A stretch of DNA of 64,000 nucleotides from a bacterium (GCA_965205865.1 CBDBHR010000030.1:768001-832000); one strand, 5' to 3'. Shown: positions 1 through 11,642, counted from the first letter of the stretch. Notes: a model not told the origin generated them from the sequence alone. Numbers and translations: made by a program.

Positions 1-41
1 AGGAACTCTTGAAAAAAGAAGGAATTGATCCAAGTGTATAA

Positions 42-614
<573 letters not shown>

Positions 615-644
615 TTTCTCTAAAAGATAAAATGGGCACAACAA

Positions 645-1401
645 CAGTCCCGAGGCGCGCAATGCACTTGGCGACGAACTCACGCCAGCGCTGCGTCTCA
701 TGATCGAACACCCAGTCGAAAGGATCCTTGGCGGCCGCGCGCGCCGGATCGGCGACCACGCTGCCCACTAATGATTTGAATTTCGGATTGGGTGCGTCCT
801 TTACGCGCATCTGCTCGAACGAGTGATAGGAAAAGCGCAAAGGCACGCCTCTGGTGAGCGCTTCAGCTTTGACCGTCTCGCGGAATGATTGATCCGCCAT
901 CAGTTGTTCGTAGCGATCAGTACCGAGCGCTTCAATCGCCGGGCGCCAAGCAAGCATCGCATGAAATGGGTAGGGCAATGCCATTGAGAATTCCATTTCG
1001 TGCGGAGAGCAGCCGATCTGGCCCCACAGTTCGCGCCCGTGCTTGCTCGCAGCTTCGATTTCACCGAATTCGCGCATGACGCGTTCCGGATCGTTGAGGT
1101 CGGTAAACATCGCAGCGATCATCACCGGGTGCCCATTGCGCGCCGCGACATCCTCCAGCCACAGCACCGTGGTGGTCATACCCTTGGTCAGCATGAACAC
1201 GCCCTTGCCGGTGTCACCGAGCGCTCCGGTGAGTTCCAGCATTTCATTTTCGTCAGCAAAGCGCGACGGCACGGGGATGTCGCGGTCACCATTGTGCTGC
1301 TCGAGCGTGGAAGTCGAAAAGCCGACTGCACCCGCATCCAGAGCGTCGCGAACTATTTTTTTCATCTGCGTAACTTCGGCCGGCGTGGCGGTGCGCTCCA
1401 T
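645..1401 (-). pseudogene. N-acyl-D-amino-acid deacylase (amidohydrolase) internal fragment
   Basis: ERTATPAEVTQM..ALDAGAVGFSTS..VPSRFA motifs; GC-rich; lacks both ends. Confidence 0.7.
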
Positions 1402-2205
1402 ATTTCCATTTTTTTTAAAAGGAGATTGATGTATTCAAGCAATTTAAGCGATCAACAATGGTCTGAGATTGAACATTTTTTGCACGTTCCGACCCCCTGG
1501 GGGCCAGGAGTATTGATAGCAAACATACCATCGTCAATGCGGTTTTTTATGTAGTGAAAACGGGTTGTCAGTGGAGATTGCTTCCCCATGATTTTCCTCC
1601 CTGGCAAAGCGTTTATGATCATTATCGCCGCTGGATTCAAAGAGGGATTTGGCAAGAAGTTTTGGATTTCCTCAATGCCCGCACTCGCGTGAAACAGGGC
1701 AAGAAGCCTTTTCCCAGTCATGCCATCGTCGATTCTCAAAGTGTGAAAACCCAATACGCTTCCAAAGAGCGGGGTATTGATGGGGGAAAAAAATCAAAGG
1801 GCGTAAACGCCATATCAGTGTCGATACTTTGGACAACCTTTTATATGTGAAAGTCCATGCGGCGAACCAATCCGATACCAAGGAAGGGTGTGCCGTTTTT
1901 GAGCAAACCACTCGCAAATATCCAAGCTCGAGAGCTTTTTCCGCTGACCAAGGATATTGTGGCGCCTCGCGGGAGTTTGTTGAAAAGGTGTTGGGACTGA
2001 AACTCGACATCGCAAAAGGAATCAAGGGCCAATGGGCGCTCTTGAAAAAACGTTGGATTGTGGAACGCGCATTCGCTTGGTTCGGGGGCTTCAGAAGATT
2101 AGCCAAAGATTTTGAAATCCTCACGAACACTGCTGAAAATATGATTCGTATTGCCATGATCAAAGTTAGCTTAGCCAAGTGTGTTTGTTAACCAAACGGC
2201 TTCTA
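1400..2205 (+). mobile_element. IS5-family element; transposase 1429-2191 split over three frames
   Basis: YSSNLSDQQW, KTGCQWRLLPHDFPPW, IVDSQSVK, ADQGY, KRWIVERAFAW; GGGGGAAAAAAA slippery site near 1782; additional frameshift in T-run near 1476; right end AAACGGCTTCTA. Confidence 0.85.
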
Positions 2206-2477
2206 AAGCCAGCGCGAGTTGGGCACGACTGATTCACAAGATCTTCGAGGTGGATCCTCTCTTATGTCCCAATTGCGGCAAAGCAATGAAAATCATCGCT
2301 TTTATTACCAGCCATCAGGAAATCAAGAAAATTTTAAAGCATATCGGAGAGGAAACGGACAGGGCCCCTCCCCTCCTCCCTTCTATCACTGCATCTGAGC
2401 CGGAGGACTCCTATGACTTTGCGGGGGTTTTCCCTCCGGATGAAGCTTATTTTTATGAGGAAGAATGGGGCGCTTAA
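2206..2477 (+). pseudogene. IS91/ISCR-like transposase C-terminal fragment
   Basis: WARLIHKIFEVDPLLCPNCGKAMKIIAFI..IKKILKH..RAPP; cut off by the IS5 end. Confidence 0.75.
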
Positions 2478-2610
2478 ACCTCAGGGATCGCTTTGTCTAA
2501 AATCCGGCTTTTTCAAACCTGCACAGAAGAAAAGTGGCGAAAAATTCAAGAGACCAGCCATCCCTTTAAGAAACCTGCCAAAAATCAACAAAATCCCCTG
2601 TCAATTCTCC

Positions 2611-2640
2611 TTGACATTCCTAATTTTCAAATGGTATTGT
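2611..2640 (+). promoter_or_regulatory. sigma70-like promoter
   Basis: TTGACA-18 bp-TATTGT upstream of RBS and ORF at 2694. Confidence 0.5.
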
Positions 2641-2693
2641 CTTCTGTAAATTTTTGATTTTCCTACTAGAACTATGATCAAGGAGGGGGAAAG

Positions 2694-2993
2694 ATGGTTC
2701 CCGCCATTGCGGAACATGCCGATGAACTTGGGGATCTGTGCCGCCGCTATAGCGTCCTCCGGCTCGACCTGTTCGGTTCATCCGCCGTCGGGGAATACCG
2801 GCCGGGCGAAAGCGACCTGGACTTTCTGGTCGAGTTTCTCCCGCCGGCGTTGACGGCCTATGCGGACTCCCACTTCGGCCTGCTTCAGGAGTTGGAAGAG
2901 CTTTTCGGCCAGCCGATGGACTTGGTGGTCGGCCCGGCGATCAGGAATCCCTACTTCTTGCAGTCGGTTGAAGAGACCAAGATGACCATCTAG
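2694..2993 (+). CDS. minimal nucleotidyltransferase (MNT antitoxin-like); no adjacent HEPN partner
   Basis: LFGSS..ESDLDFLVEF..MDLV..IRNPYF. Confidence 0.8.
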   Translation: MVPAIAEHADELGDLCRRYSVLRLDLFGSSAVGEYRPGESDLDFLVEFLPPALTAYADSHFGLLQELEELFGQPMDLVVGPAIRNPYFLQSVEETKMTI

Positions 2994-3213
2994 TGCTTGC
3001 CAGAAAAATACTCAAATTGCTGATATTAAATGACATTTCTTCAATTTCATAGGATGAAGATTTGTTTGATACAGTGTTCAGATGGCCGAAATCAGCAAAA
3101 AATGGGATTTTTATGAGTTTCTCCAAAATCTTCGTTTCTTAAAAAGAGGTGAATACCATTAAATTATGTATAATACCCTGGATCAGGTTTGTCCAGACAC
3201 TCTTTTTGCCCGT

Positions 3214-3285
3214 GTCATCTCGAACGAACGTGAGAGATCTTTTCCATGCCGAGACTCTAGATTTCTCCCATTCGGTCGAAATGAC
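3214..3285. repeat. GTCAT-type REP-like palindromic doublet
   Basis: GTCATCTCGAACGAACGTGAGAGATCT...AGATTTCTCCCATTCGGTCGAAATGAC; related copy at 44067. Confidence 0.65.
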
Positions 3286-3369
3286 GCACAACAGCATTTT
3301 CTATGCCAAGATAAATCTCATTCACTCTAGTATAGAAGTTTTGCGATCCGATTGGGGAGAGGGCTCCTC

Positions 3370-4329
3370 CTAAGAGAACGGGTTGATCAGCCGGGCGAGG
3401 AGGCCTCGTTTGCGTTTCCTCGTCGCAGCGCCGTAACTGCCCTGCCCGCCCCGCAACCGGGGATCCAGCAGGTCTCGCACCGCGTCGCCGAACATGTTGA
3501 GGGAGTAGACGACAATCGTCAGGCAAAGTCCAGGCCAGAGGGCGAGCCATGGCGCATCGTCCATGTATTTACGCCCTTCCCGGCTGAGCATCCCTCCCCA
3601 GCTGGGAACCTCTGAAGGCAGACCGTATCCGAGGAAGCTCAAAGAAGCCTCAGACATAATCACCGCCCCGACGTTGATACTGAATATGATGATTAGGGGA
3701 GGGGCAATATTGGGAAGCACATGTCGGATAAGTGTTCTCCATTTCGAGCAGCCAATCGCCTCCGCCGCCTGAAAATAGACATTCTCTTTTACAGCAATAA
3801 CCGCCCCTCTGGCTACTCTTGAGCCGCCGATGCCTCCCGATATGCCCAGGACCAGTATGATCTGCAGCAGACCCCGCTCCACTACGGACATAATCGTCAA
3901 CAACAGCAGCAGCCCCGGGAAGGCCATCCAGGCATCGACAAATCTCTGCACCGCCAGGTCCACTTTACCACCAACGAATCCTGAAATGCCGCCAATCAGC
4001 ACAGCCACCACAACATTGAGCGTGGTGGCTGCCAGACCCACAGTTAAAGAAACACGAGCCCCGTAGATAAGGCGGCTCAAGAAGTCTCGCCCCAGATAGT
4101 CGGTGCCCAGGAGATACTGGGCTGATGAGCCCTGAAACCGGTCTCTCAGGTGCACTTCATCAAAGGGATAAGGCGCCAGCAAATCGGCGAAGATCGCGAC
4201 GAAAATCAAGAGCAGGACGATCATCCCGCAGAACGTCCCCAGCGGCTTCTCCTTGAGAAGCCTGCTGAAGAAATCCACAAACCGGCCCCGTCGCTTGGGC
4301 TCACGGATGGGGGAGGATTTCTCACTCAT
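3370..4329 (-). CDS. peptide/nickel ABC transporter permease (DppC-like), cassette 1
   Basis: LLGTDYLGRD, EAA-loop AAEAIG, HVLPN, NMFGDAVRDLLDPR. Confidence 0.9.
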   Translation of the reverse strand: MSEKSSPIREPKRRGRFVDFFSRLLKEKPLGTFCGMIVLLLIFVAIFADLLAPYPFDEVHLRDRFQGSSAQYLLGTDYLGRDFLSRLIYGARVSLTVGLAATTLNVVVAVLIGGISGFVGGKVDLAVQRFVDAWMAFPGLLLLLTIMSVVERGLLQIILVLGISGGIGGSRVARGAVIAVKENVYFQAAEAIGCSKWRTLIRHVLPNIAPPLIIIFSINVGAVIMSEASLSFLGYGLPSEVPSWGGMLSREGRKYMDDAPWLALWPGLCLTIVVYSLNMFGDAVRDLLDPRLRGGQGSYGAATRKRKRGLLARLINPFS

Positions 4330-5278
4330 ACCGCACTCTCGGGTCCAAATAGGGATAAATCAGGTCGATGAGGAGATTGAACAGCACCACCCCGGTGGCG
4401 AAAAACAGGTTCACTCCGGAGACCACCGGGTAGTCTCTGTCTTCGAGGGCAATCAGAAAGAGGCGCCCGATCCCCGGCAGGTTAAAGATGTTCTCCATGA
4501 TAACGGCGCCGCCTACCAGCAAAGGTAACTGCAGGCCGATCAGGGAGACCACCGGGATGAGGGCATTTTTGATGGTGTGTCGGATAATCACGACCCGCTC
4601 CTTGAGTCCCTTGGACCAGGCGGTGCGGATATAGTCCTGCCTTAAGACCTCCAGCATCATGGTGCGCGTCATCCGCATGGTGCTGGCCGAGAGGGCCGTC
4701 CCCAGGATCAGGCTGGGGATGAGAAACACCTCCAGATTCCCCAGCGGGTCTTCGGAAAAAGGAATCAGCCGCATCGGTGGCGACCAGTTCCACCAGATTG
4801 CCGGGAAGACCATGACCATAGTTCCCAGCCAGAAGTTAGGCGTTGCCAGGCCGACGATGGCAACCGAGCGCCCCACGTAGTCGGCGGCCGTATCCTGGCG
4901 GACCGCCGAGTAGATGCCCACCGGCAGGGCGATCACCAGCCCGATGACGATTGCCAGGAGACCAAGCTCAAGGGTTACTGGCAGTCTACTTATTATCTTT
5001 TCCTCCACCAACCACTCGCCAAGCATTGATTTGCCGAGGGTGCCGTGCAGGAGAATACCGCCTATCCAGCGTGCATACTGCACGTGCACAGGTACGTCTA
5101 ATCCCAGGGCACGCTCAAGAGCTTCACGGTCTACCTTACCAATGATGATGGCCGTCCTGCCCAACATGGCATCTATGACATCACCCGGGATGAAGCGGAC
5201 AGAAAGAAAGACTAAAACGCTCAATATGAACAGGGTGGGGATGATGAGCAATAACCTCCTGATGATATAGGCTCTCAT
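4322..5278 (-). CDS. peptide/nickel ABC transporter permease (DppB-like), cassette 1
   Basis: MRAYIIRRLL, DYIRTAWSKGL, RDYPVV, LDPRVRY. Confidence 0.9.
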   Translation of the reverse strand: MRAYIIRRLLLIIPTLFILSVLVFLSVRFIPGDVIDAMLGRTAIIIGKVDREALERALGLDVPVHVQYARWIGGILLHGTLGKSMLGEWLVEEKIISRLPVTLELGLLAIVIGLVIALPVGIYSAVRQDTAADYVGRSVAIVGLATPNFWLGTMVMVFPAIWWNWSPPMRLIPFSEDPLGNLEVFLIPSLILGTALSASTMRMTRTMMLEVLRQDYIRTAWSKGLKERVVIIRHTIKNALIPVVSLIGLQLPLLVGGAVIMENIFNLPGIGRLFLIALEDRDYPVVSGVNLFFATGVVLFNLLIDLIYPYLDPRVRYE

Positions 5279-5358
5279 GGGACACACCTTACCATTCGCC
5301 GGATTAGAAGTGAATTCACAGCGTTAATATATTTCCCGGCATTCTTACATTGTTCGAC

Positions 5359-5506
5359 AGTTGTAAGTTCTCGTAAGTCATTGAAATTATTAAGTCTGTC
5401 TTAAACACTTTGTCATTCCTGCGAAAGCAGGAATCCAGAGTATTTTCAAGGGGTTACGCAGACTGGATCCCGGATCAAGTCCGGGATGACACAAGAACTT
5501 ACGACT
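5359..5506. repeat. REP-like doublet (5412-5490) inside a 16-bp imperfect inverted repeat
   Basis: GTCATTCCTGCGAAAGCAGGAATCCAG / CTGGATCCCGGATCAAGTCCGGGATGAC, bounded by AGTTGTAAGTTCTCGT and ACAAGAACTTACGACT. Confidence 0.6.
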
Positions 5507-5675
5507 CTTGAGTTACATTGATTGTGGGATGGCAGGCTTGTGCCGCCATCCCACAGTTCACAGTTGCTGCCCGCCTGGCTGCATCAATTTCCTCATCGCC
5601 GCCTGGACAGTATGGGTTCGCCCCTGGCGGCGTGGGCAGAGATCAGCTATACTACGATGCGAACAGGCGGAAATA

Positions 5676-7457
5676 CTAGTAGCCCATTTCTTTCTTCAGT
5701 TCCTGGTCAATCCAGAGGCGGGCCCATACGATCCCACCGTAGTTCATCCCTCCGAGAGTGACTTCGCCATTAAAACCTACCACCCACGGTTGGGTCGCAT
5801 GGTAATATGGAACCATGGGACCCCATGTATACCAGTGCCTCTCTATCCCGTACATGTCGGCCTTACTGATCTGCTTCTTCAGCTCCTCAGTCGAGGTAGC
5901 GGCTTTGGCGGCTTCAACGATGGCGTTGTAAACCGGATCGTCGACTCCCTGGCGGTTCCAATCATGCCCCGTTTCGAATATGACTATGTTGCCGAGTGGG
6001 TAAGTAGCGGCACCTGCAAGATGACGAGTCATCCCGCCGTAACCCTTATTCCTGACGTGAGCTATAAATGTAGGAACGTCCACCACATTGAAATCGACTT
6101 CAACCCCAATCTCAGACCAGTAGTTGATAGAAAGCTCTACCCACTCTCGTTCCCTTTCAAAGGCTTCAAGGGAGGTCCTGATTCTGATGCCATCCGCGCC
6201 GCGCGGATAGCCGGCCTCATCCAGGAGCTCTTCGGCCCTCTGCGGGTTGTACGTGTACTCTGCCTGGAGCTCTTGCGGCCACTCTTCAAATGGGACAAAG
6301 TACCCGTCCCACCAGGGGCCGATCATCCCTCGAGGTTTCCAATCGCCTTTGCCATTGAAGAACACCTCGTTAATCTCTTCAAGGTCCATGGCCATCTGCA
6401 TTGCAGTTCGCACCCTGATGTCGTTAAAGGGAGGCTGGGTTACGTTAAAGGCCCAAGTTTGATCTGATCTATAAGCGAAGGGCCACAGATCGATTTCCGG
6501 GTTGGTCTCCTGGAGTTTTGTTGCCGTTGCTAAAGGCATATCCCAGAGGGCGCCATGACCTAAGAAATCAACCTTACCCGTGCGCATTGCCGCGAGACGT
6601 GTTGTTTCCTCCATGATAATCAGGCCCTCTATCTCGTCGAAATAAGGCAGGCGGTTCTCCGGGTATTTTTCGTCAAAGCCCCAGTAGTTAGGATTCTTGA
6701 CCCAGGTGATAGAGCTGGCGTCAACCCAGTCTGTCAGCATGAAGGGCCCGGTGCCGACCACCTTCCTCCAGTCATTGACGTCGCCGTGTTCCTTGATGAC
6801 CTCGGGGGGCAGCATATAGGCAAGACCGTCGTCGACTATAGTCCGGAACGCGGTGAGGGACGGAGTCTTCAGCTTGAAAACAACCGTATATTTGTCGGTG
6901 GCCGTTATGGATTCCACTGGCACAGTGGGCAGTTCCATAGTAAAGCCGGGAGGTTCGGTGAAGCCGCTGCCCAGACCCATCAGACGATGATAGTTAAATA
7001 CAATGTCATCAGCAGTTAGCTCTCTCCCGGACATTGGTGCCTTATCATGCCAGTGAACGCCCTTGCGGATGTGGAAGATGATCGTGGTTGGGTCGGGGGT
7101 AAACCACCGTTCCGCCAGCGCTCCAGCAAAGGCGATATCAGGCACCAACTCGGTCCTGTAGCCATATACATCCCTCTCTATGCCCCAGTCCCCCATGGCA
7201 AGCTTCTCATTAACGCCACTGAGGAGAAACCCCGCCCAGTGATTGGCCACAGAGGGGTCAGTGCCCCGGGGCTGATTGGCATAGCCTGCAATGAACGTTC
7301 CGCCATACGTTGGTGCTGTCACCATTTTACTAGTGGTGGGATCTATGACCATCTTTTTCTCAGCCCCGACGGCCGAACTGACCCAAAAGGCGGCCACCAT
7401 CAGGGTGAGGGTGAGCAGGATTGTACTGAAGGTTGATTTGCTTTTTTGATTTTCCAT
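5676..7457 (-). CDS. ABC transporter substrate-binding protein, family 5 (DppA/OppA-like), cassette 1; ORF open to 7562
   Basis: signal peptide, PTYGGT, LAERW, GVHWHD, GTGPF, KNPNYW, PFNDIRVR, LLDEAGY. Confidence 0.9.
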   Translation of the reverse strand: MENQKSKSTFSTILLTLTLMVAAFWVSSAVGAEKKMVIDPTTSKMVTAPTYGGTFIAGYANQPRGTDPSVANHWAGFLLSGVNEKLAMGDWGIERDVYGYRTELVPDIAFAGALAERWFTPDPTTIIFHIRKGVHWHDKAPMSGRELTADDIVFNYHRLMGLGSGFTEPPGFTMELPTVPVESITATDKYTVVFKLKTPSLTAFRTIVDDGLAYMLPPEVIKEHGDVNDWRKVVGTGPFMLTDWVDASSITWVKNPNYWGFDEKYPENRLPYFDEIEGLIIMEETTRLAAMRTGKVDFLGHGALWDMPLATATKLQETNPEIDLWPFAYRSDQTWAFNVTQPPFNDIRVRTAMQMAMDLEEINEVFFNGKGDWKPRGMIGPWWDGYFVPFEEWPQELQAEYTYNPQRAEELLDEAGYPRGADGIRIRTSLEAFEREREWVELSINYWSEIGVEVDFNVVDVPTFIAHVRNKGYGGMTRHLAGAATYPLGNIVIFETGHDWNRQGVDDPVYNAIVEAAKAATSTEELKKQISKADMYGIERHWYTWGPMVPYYHATQPWVVGFNGEVTLGGMNYGGIVWARLWIDQELKKEMGY

Positions 7458-7489
7458 CTTTTTCCTTTCGATTGCATGTTCAAAATTAA

Positions 7490-7656
7490 GGATTGCTTTA
7501 AAACCTGCTTTGATTCCCGAAAGCACGTTCTCGACAATTTCTCTACTTTTTTGACGGTTCATGGTGCTCCTTTCTGCTTTTTGATTAAATACAAGATTGC
7601 GGGTTGCTTTAAACCTGCTTTCGTTCCCGAAAGCACGTTGTCGACGATTTCTCTAC
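7490..7656. repeat. ~55-bp imperfect direct repeat pair
   Basis: TTGCTTTAAA(A)CCTGCTTT..TTCCCGAAAGCACGTT.TCGAC.ATTTCTCTAC at ~7492 and ~7604. Confidence 0.7.
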
Positions 7657-7905
7657 CCATTGGGTCTCCTTCATTTTGGAGTGATCAAAAAACCGATTCA
7701 TTGGCTCCAGGATTGGGCAATGAACCATAAACCGACGCACTCAGGCGCCGATGATTTGCCAAATTCCCCATTGCCCTTGCGTTCCTGGAATTTGGAACGT
7801 GGGACTTGGAACAAGGAATCTTAAGGATCTCTCCCTGATGTCGAGATAATATAAGAGGGTAGAACTTGGGATTGGGGACTTGTGACTTGTTGCTTGGAAC
7901 TTATT

Positions 7906-7974
7906 ACTGGGAACTGGGAACTGGGAACTGGGAACTGGGAACTGGGAACTGGGAACTGGGAACTGGGAACTGGG
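7906..7974. repeat. heptanucleotide tandem repeat (ACTGGGA) x9 plus partial
   Basis: perfect 7-mer array; degenerate units upstream (7786-7900). Confidence 0.95.
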
Positions 7975-8560
7975 TATTTGAGTTTACTCTCATATCCACC
8001 TCATTATCAAGGGATTTTTTAAAAAGATGATTCATTAATAATTGAGTATTTTCTTATGGTTGTTTAAAGAGTTTACGGACATTTGGGAAGATAAGAATAA
8101 TTTGATTATTCACTCATCCCTTTAAATATCATGCCTGATTATAAAATAAAAGTAAAATTTGATTATTTGTTAATAGCACTGACAAAGTGCAGCAAAAACG
8201 TTAGTATCAACGTACAATACTCCCCATTAGTCTGAAGTGCAAGAGCAATCGTTTTTCTTTTTCAATATTCTTGATTTTGATTCTTCCATTTTCTTTCTCA
8301 CTTTTATCCTCCTTTGATCCTGCTCTTCTTCTTTCTATTTTCTTCCTCTTCCCTGAGTGAATCTTAGTGGGTGTTCAGTGAAGCTCATTCAATCTAACGT
8401 GTAGCAGCAATCATTTTTTTAAAATCTATCAAAAAAGAAAACGAAAGACAAGCCGAAATTCTTAAAAACCTTCAGCCCAAGGCGATTTCTTGAAAACGAT
8501 CACAAAAGAACGATGATGGCAAAATCCTGGTAGATTTCATTATCCTCTTCAGTATCCTCT

Positions 8561-8824
8561 CAATATAAAAATATTTAGAGGATGTCAATAGATTTTTTTG
8601 CTCCTCTTAACTCCTCAGTGGCGAGTGCTTGTCTCATCCTGGACTTGATCCTCGCTCCTATCTGTATCAGTCCCTGAAAATAGCGAAGGCATCCTTCCAG
8701 CACAATACAAAAATATTTAGAGGATGTCAATCGTTTTTTTTGCTCCTCTTAACTCCTCAGTGGCGAGTGCTGGTGTCATCCTGGACTTGATCCTCGCTGC
8801 TCTCTGTGTCAGTCCTTGAAAATA
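8561..8824 (-). repeat. tandem duplication (~122-bp unit, 142-bp period) containing a promoter-like sequence
   Basis: units 8561-8682 and 8703-8824; minus strand TTGACA-17-TATTGA / TATTGT. Confidence 0.85.
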
Positions 8825-9179
8825 CGGGGCAATCCTGCCCTTCCCGGAACGAAAAGCATGGGATGCAGAGCAAATCATTTCAAGGATTGATGCGCACTCG
8901 GCACGCGTGAGATATGAAAATAATCTGGATTAATTGTCAGTCAATCAATCCAATTATTGGAACAATTTTTGTGGTAAGTCAGGAATCTTCAGGATGTTTT
9001 TAAGTCCTTTTGGTAAGGAACAAACCTTAAATAACCTGTAATTCTTCTAATGGTGTGAGAAAAATTGGGGGACATGTACAGCGGCATCCCAACTCTACTG
9101 TTTTATGCCTGCTGTTACGTGTCTCCTAATTTTGCGTATCCATACTTCTAACTTATTTAAATTTCATTCCTTAGTGAAG

Positions 9180-9828
9180 ACATGCTTGTAGCACAACAAC
9201 AACAACGCAATGTCAACCCCCTGATATAAAATAAATGAGGGATTCGCAATAAAAATAAAAAATCAATAAACCTGCTCAAATCCGGGGACAGTCAGAAGCC
9301 AAATAAACGTTCAGTTCAATAACGTTGAAAAAAGCTTACGGGAGTACATTCCCGGCAAGGATCCATCGTTTTCACATCCTCCCAGGGTATTGTTCAATCG
9401 ATCAAGCGGGAACCCTCCCACAGCCAATTTTGAATCAAACGAGCGGAAATCCTCTCCTTCCCTGAAACAACAAGGCATGATTTCAGCACTACTACGCGGC
9501 GCAAAGCCTATAGCAAGTTTGGATCAGGAGAATTGCGCAACAATGGAGGTCAGCTATAAAAAGATATATTGCGGTCCATCTTCGGCATGAGCCAAAAAGC
9601 GAATGTTCGCTCCACAATCCAGCGTTTTTTCCAACGGCGATAATGATCGTAAACGCTTTGCCAGGGAGGTAAATCATGGGCAAGCATGCTCCACTGACAA
9701 CCCGTTTTCAGGACATACAAAATCGCATTGACGATGCTATGTTTGCTATGAATACTTTTGGCCACGCAGGGGGCGGAACGTTTAAAAAAAGGAGAGTTTC
9801 AGTAACAAGGAGGAGCAGGTGAAGCCTG
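9180..9828 (-). mobile_element. internally deleted IS5 derivative carrying a structured leader module
   Basis: KTGCQW..DHYRRW fused directly to KKRWIVERTFA; block nearly identical to ~15810-16448. Confidence 0.75.
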
Positions 9829-9839
9829 TCCCGGACTTG

Positions 9840-10198
9840 ATCCGGGGGATGCAAAGCCTGAGTGAGCAACTCGAGCATGGATTTCCCCTGTTTTCTGCTA
9901 GTGGAAATGGGTTCAGATACAAAAAACCTGCGTTCCTTCAGCAATTCGGAAGCCGCCTGAAATTTTCTGTCTCGAGAACTTCAATACGTTTGAGGAGTTC
10001 TAAGCGCTCTTGCTTCCATTACTCACTTTCTTTTTCAAAGAGTTGACATGCTTCTTGAAGAGCCTCGAAGTGGGGAGTCGATGAAATAGAATCAATATAT
10101 TTTTGAACTTTTGAGAGCATATAATCCTTTCTACCTTCTGCGAAATGCAAAATTCGTGCTTAAATCGATGGGTTCTCTGAAGTTACCTGAATAGTTAC
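9840..10198 (-). mobile_element. IS66-family (single-ORF type) internally deleted remnant
   Basis: end GTAACTATTCAGG at 10198, RBS plus coiled-coil N-terminus, and C-terminal ISTSRKQGKSMLELL motif. Confidence 0.6.
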
Positions 10199-10496
10199 CA
10201 TTTTATCTCTTTCTCCAGCAATCCAATGGCACAAAGTATGAATTATCATCATCATGCAGTCGAGATAAATATGCACTTTGGATTATTTTTTTGATTTTTT
10301 TTTTGGGGGGGGGTTTTTAGGGCAGTGGTTCTGTTTAATTTGAGAAGCAGAATTAGTCATTGCGAGCAACTCTATCAAATATCTTTTCTCAGATTCCCTG
10401 CTGAACAGACGACGCAAGAAATTGCAGTCCTCCGCCCAATGTGTTATTCTTTTGAAAAGACGACAAATTTCACTTCTCATTCCCATTGAGGACCTC

Positions 10497-11348
10497 ATGG
10501 CTTCTTTAGAATCCATCAAAAACAACACCACTCCAACACGGTTTCCTCCATCTGCCAGGGAGCCCCTCAGGGTGAGTGAGGCAGAGTATTGGAAGACGTA
10601 CTATGAACACCCGGATAGTCAATATGAATGGAACAATGGACTCTTGGAGGAAAAGCCCATGCCAGATTTTTTAAGCATCTCTCTGTATCAATGGTTCTTG
10701 CGCTTATTAGAAGAATATTTAACCGTCTTCCCTCAAGGGCGAATCATGGCATTGGAAATGGGCTTTCGTTTGGAACTGGGAAAGAAAAAGGTGAGTATTC
10801 GCAAACCGGATCTGGCCGTGATTCTTCACTCCAATCCTGTCGAGGCCAAACTGTTGGATCGTTCGTTTGATGGAGTGTGTGACCTCTGTATAGAGTTTTT
10901 ATCCGACTCGACTCCCTCGGAGGTGGAACGGGATACGGTTCACAAAAAAGAAGAATACGCCAAAGCGGGGGTAGCGGAATATTATATATTAGACCGTTTG
11001 CGCAAGCATACCGCCTTCTATGCTCTCAATGAGCAGGGGGTTTATGAAAGGATGAAGAGCAAAGAGCCCGGCGTGATTCATTCCAGGGTCTTTGATCGAT
11101 TCGCATTTCGTCTTCAGGATTTGGAAAAACAGGTGGCCTTTGAAAAATTAATCGATGATCCCCTCTACCAGCCGTTCCTCTTGAAAAGCTTCCAACAAGA
11201 GCGACAAGAAAAAGAAAACGCCTTGCAAAGAGAAGAAAAAGAGCGAAAAGAAAAAGAAAAAGAGCGAAAAGAAAAAGAAAAAGAGCGACAAGAAAAAGAA
11301 AACGCGCTTGTGGAAGTCGAACGGCTGCGTGCTCTCCTTCAAGAGTAA
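10497..11348 (+). CDS. Uma2-family (PD-(D/E)xK) endonuclease-like protein with repetitive coiled-coil tail
   Basis: YEWNNGLLEEKP, RKPDLAV, DLCIEFLSDS, EYAKAGVAEYYILD; ERKEKEK repeats. Confidence 0.85.
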   Translation: MASLESIKNNTTPTRFPPSAREPLRVSEAEYWKTYYEHPDSQYEWNNGLLEEKPMPDFLSISLYQWFLRLLEEYLTVFPQGRIMALEMGFRLELGKKKVSIRKPDLAVILHSNPVEAKLLDRSFDGVCDLCIEFLSDSTPSEVERDTVHKKEEYAKAGVAEYYILDRLRKHTAFYALNEQGVYERMKSKEPGVIHSRVFDRFAFRLQDLEKQVAFEKLIDDPLYQPFLLKSFQQERQEKENALQREEKERKEKEKERKEKEKERQEKENALVEVERLRALLQE

Positions 11349-11642
11349 AGATATCGATCCCGGCTAAAATTCGGATGGGCGGGATCGGGTCGGACCGGAT
11401 TATTTTTTCTATAGCACTGTTCTCCATAGATATATTCAAAAAATTAAGCTAAAAACGGCTCTTAGCCTTCTCTTTTGAGGAGCAAAAGAAGCGTTTAAGA
11501 AAAGAAGGGCTCTTTACACTGATCATTGTGACCTTCCTGGTTTTCAGCATCGTGCATTTCCTCCCAGGCACTGAATAACCACTCATGCGCTTATTTGTGA
11601 TCAGGTCTATTGTAGTCCCGGCACGAGGTCAATAGTTTCCTT

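Noticed and set aside
5508-6467. Long antisense ORFs over transporter genes (also 12610-13596, 27944-29080, 61537-62472)
   Set aside because: Shadow frames of well-supported genes on the other strand
8561-8824. Repeat-spacer-repeat as a CRISPR array
   Set aside because: Only two ~122-bp units, far too long for CRISPR repeats
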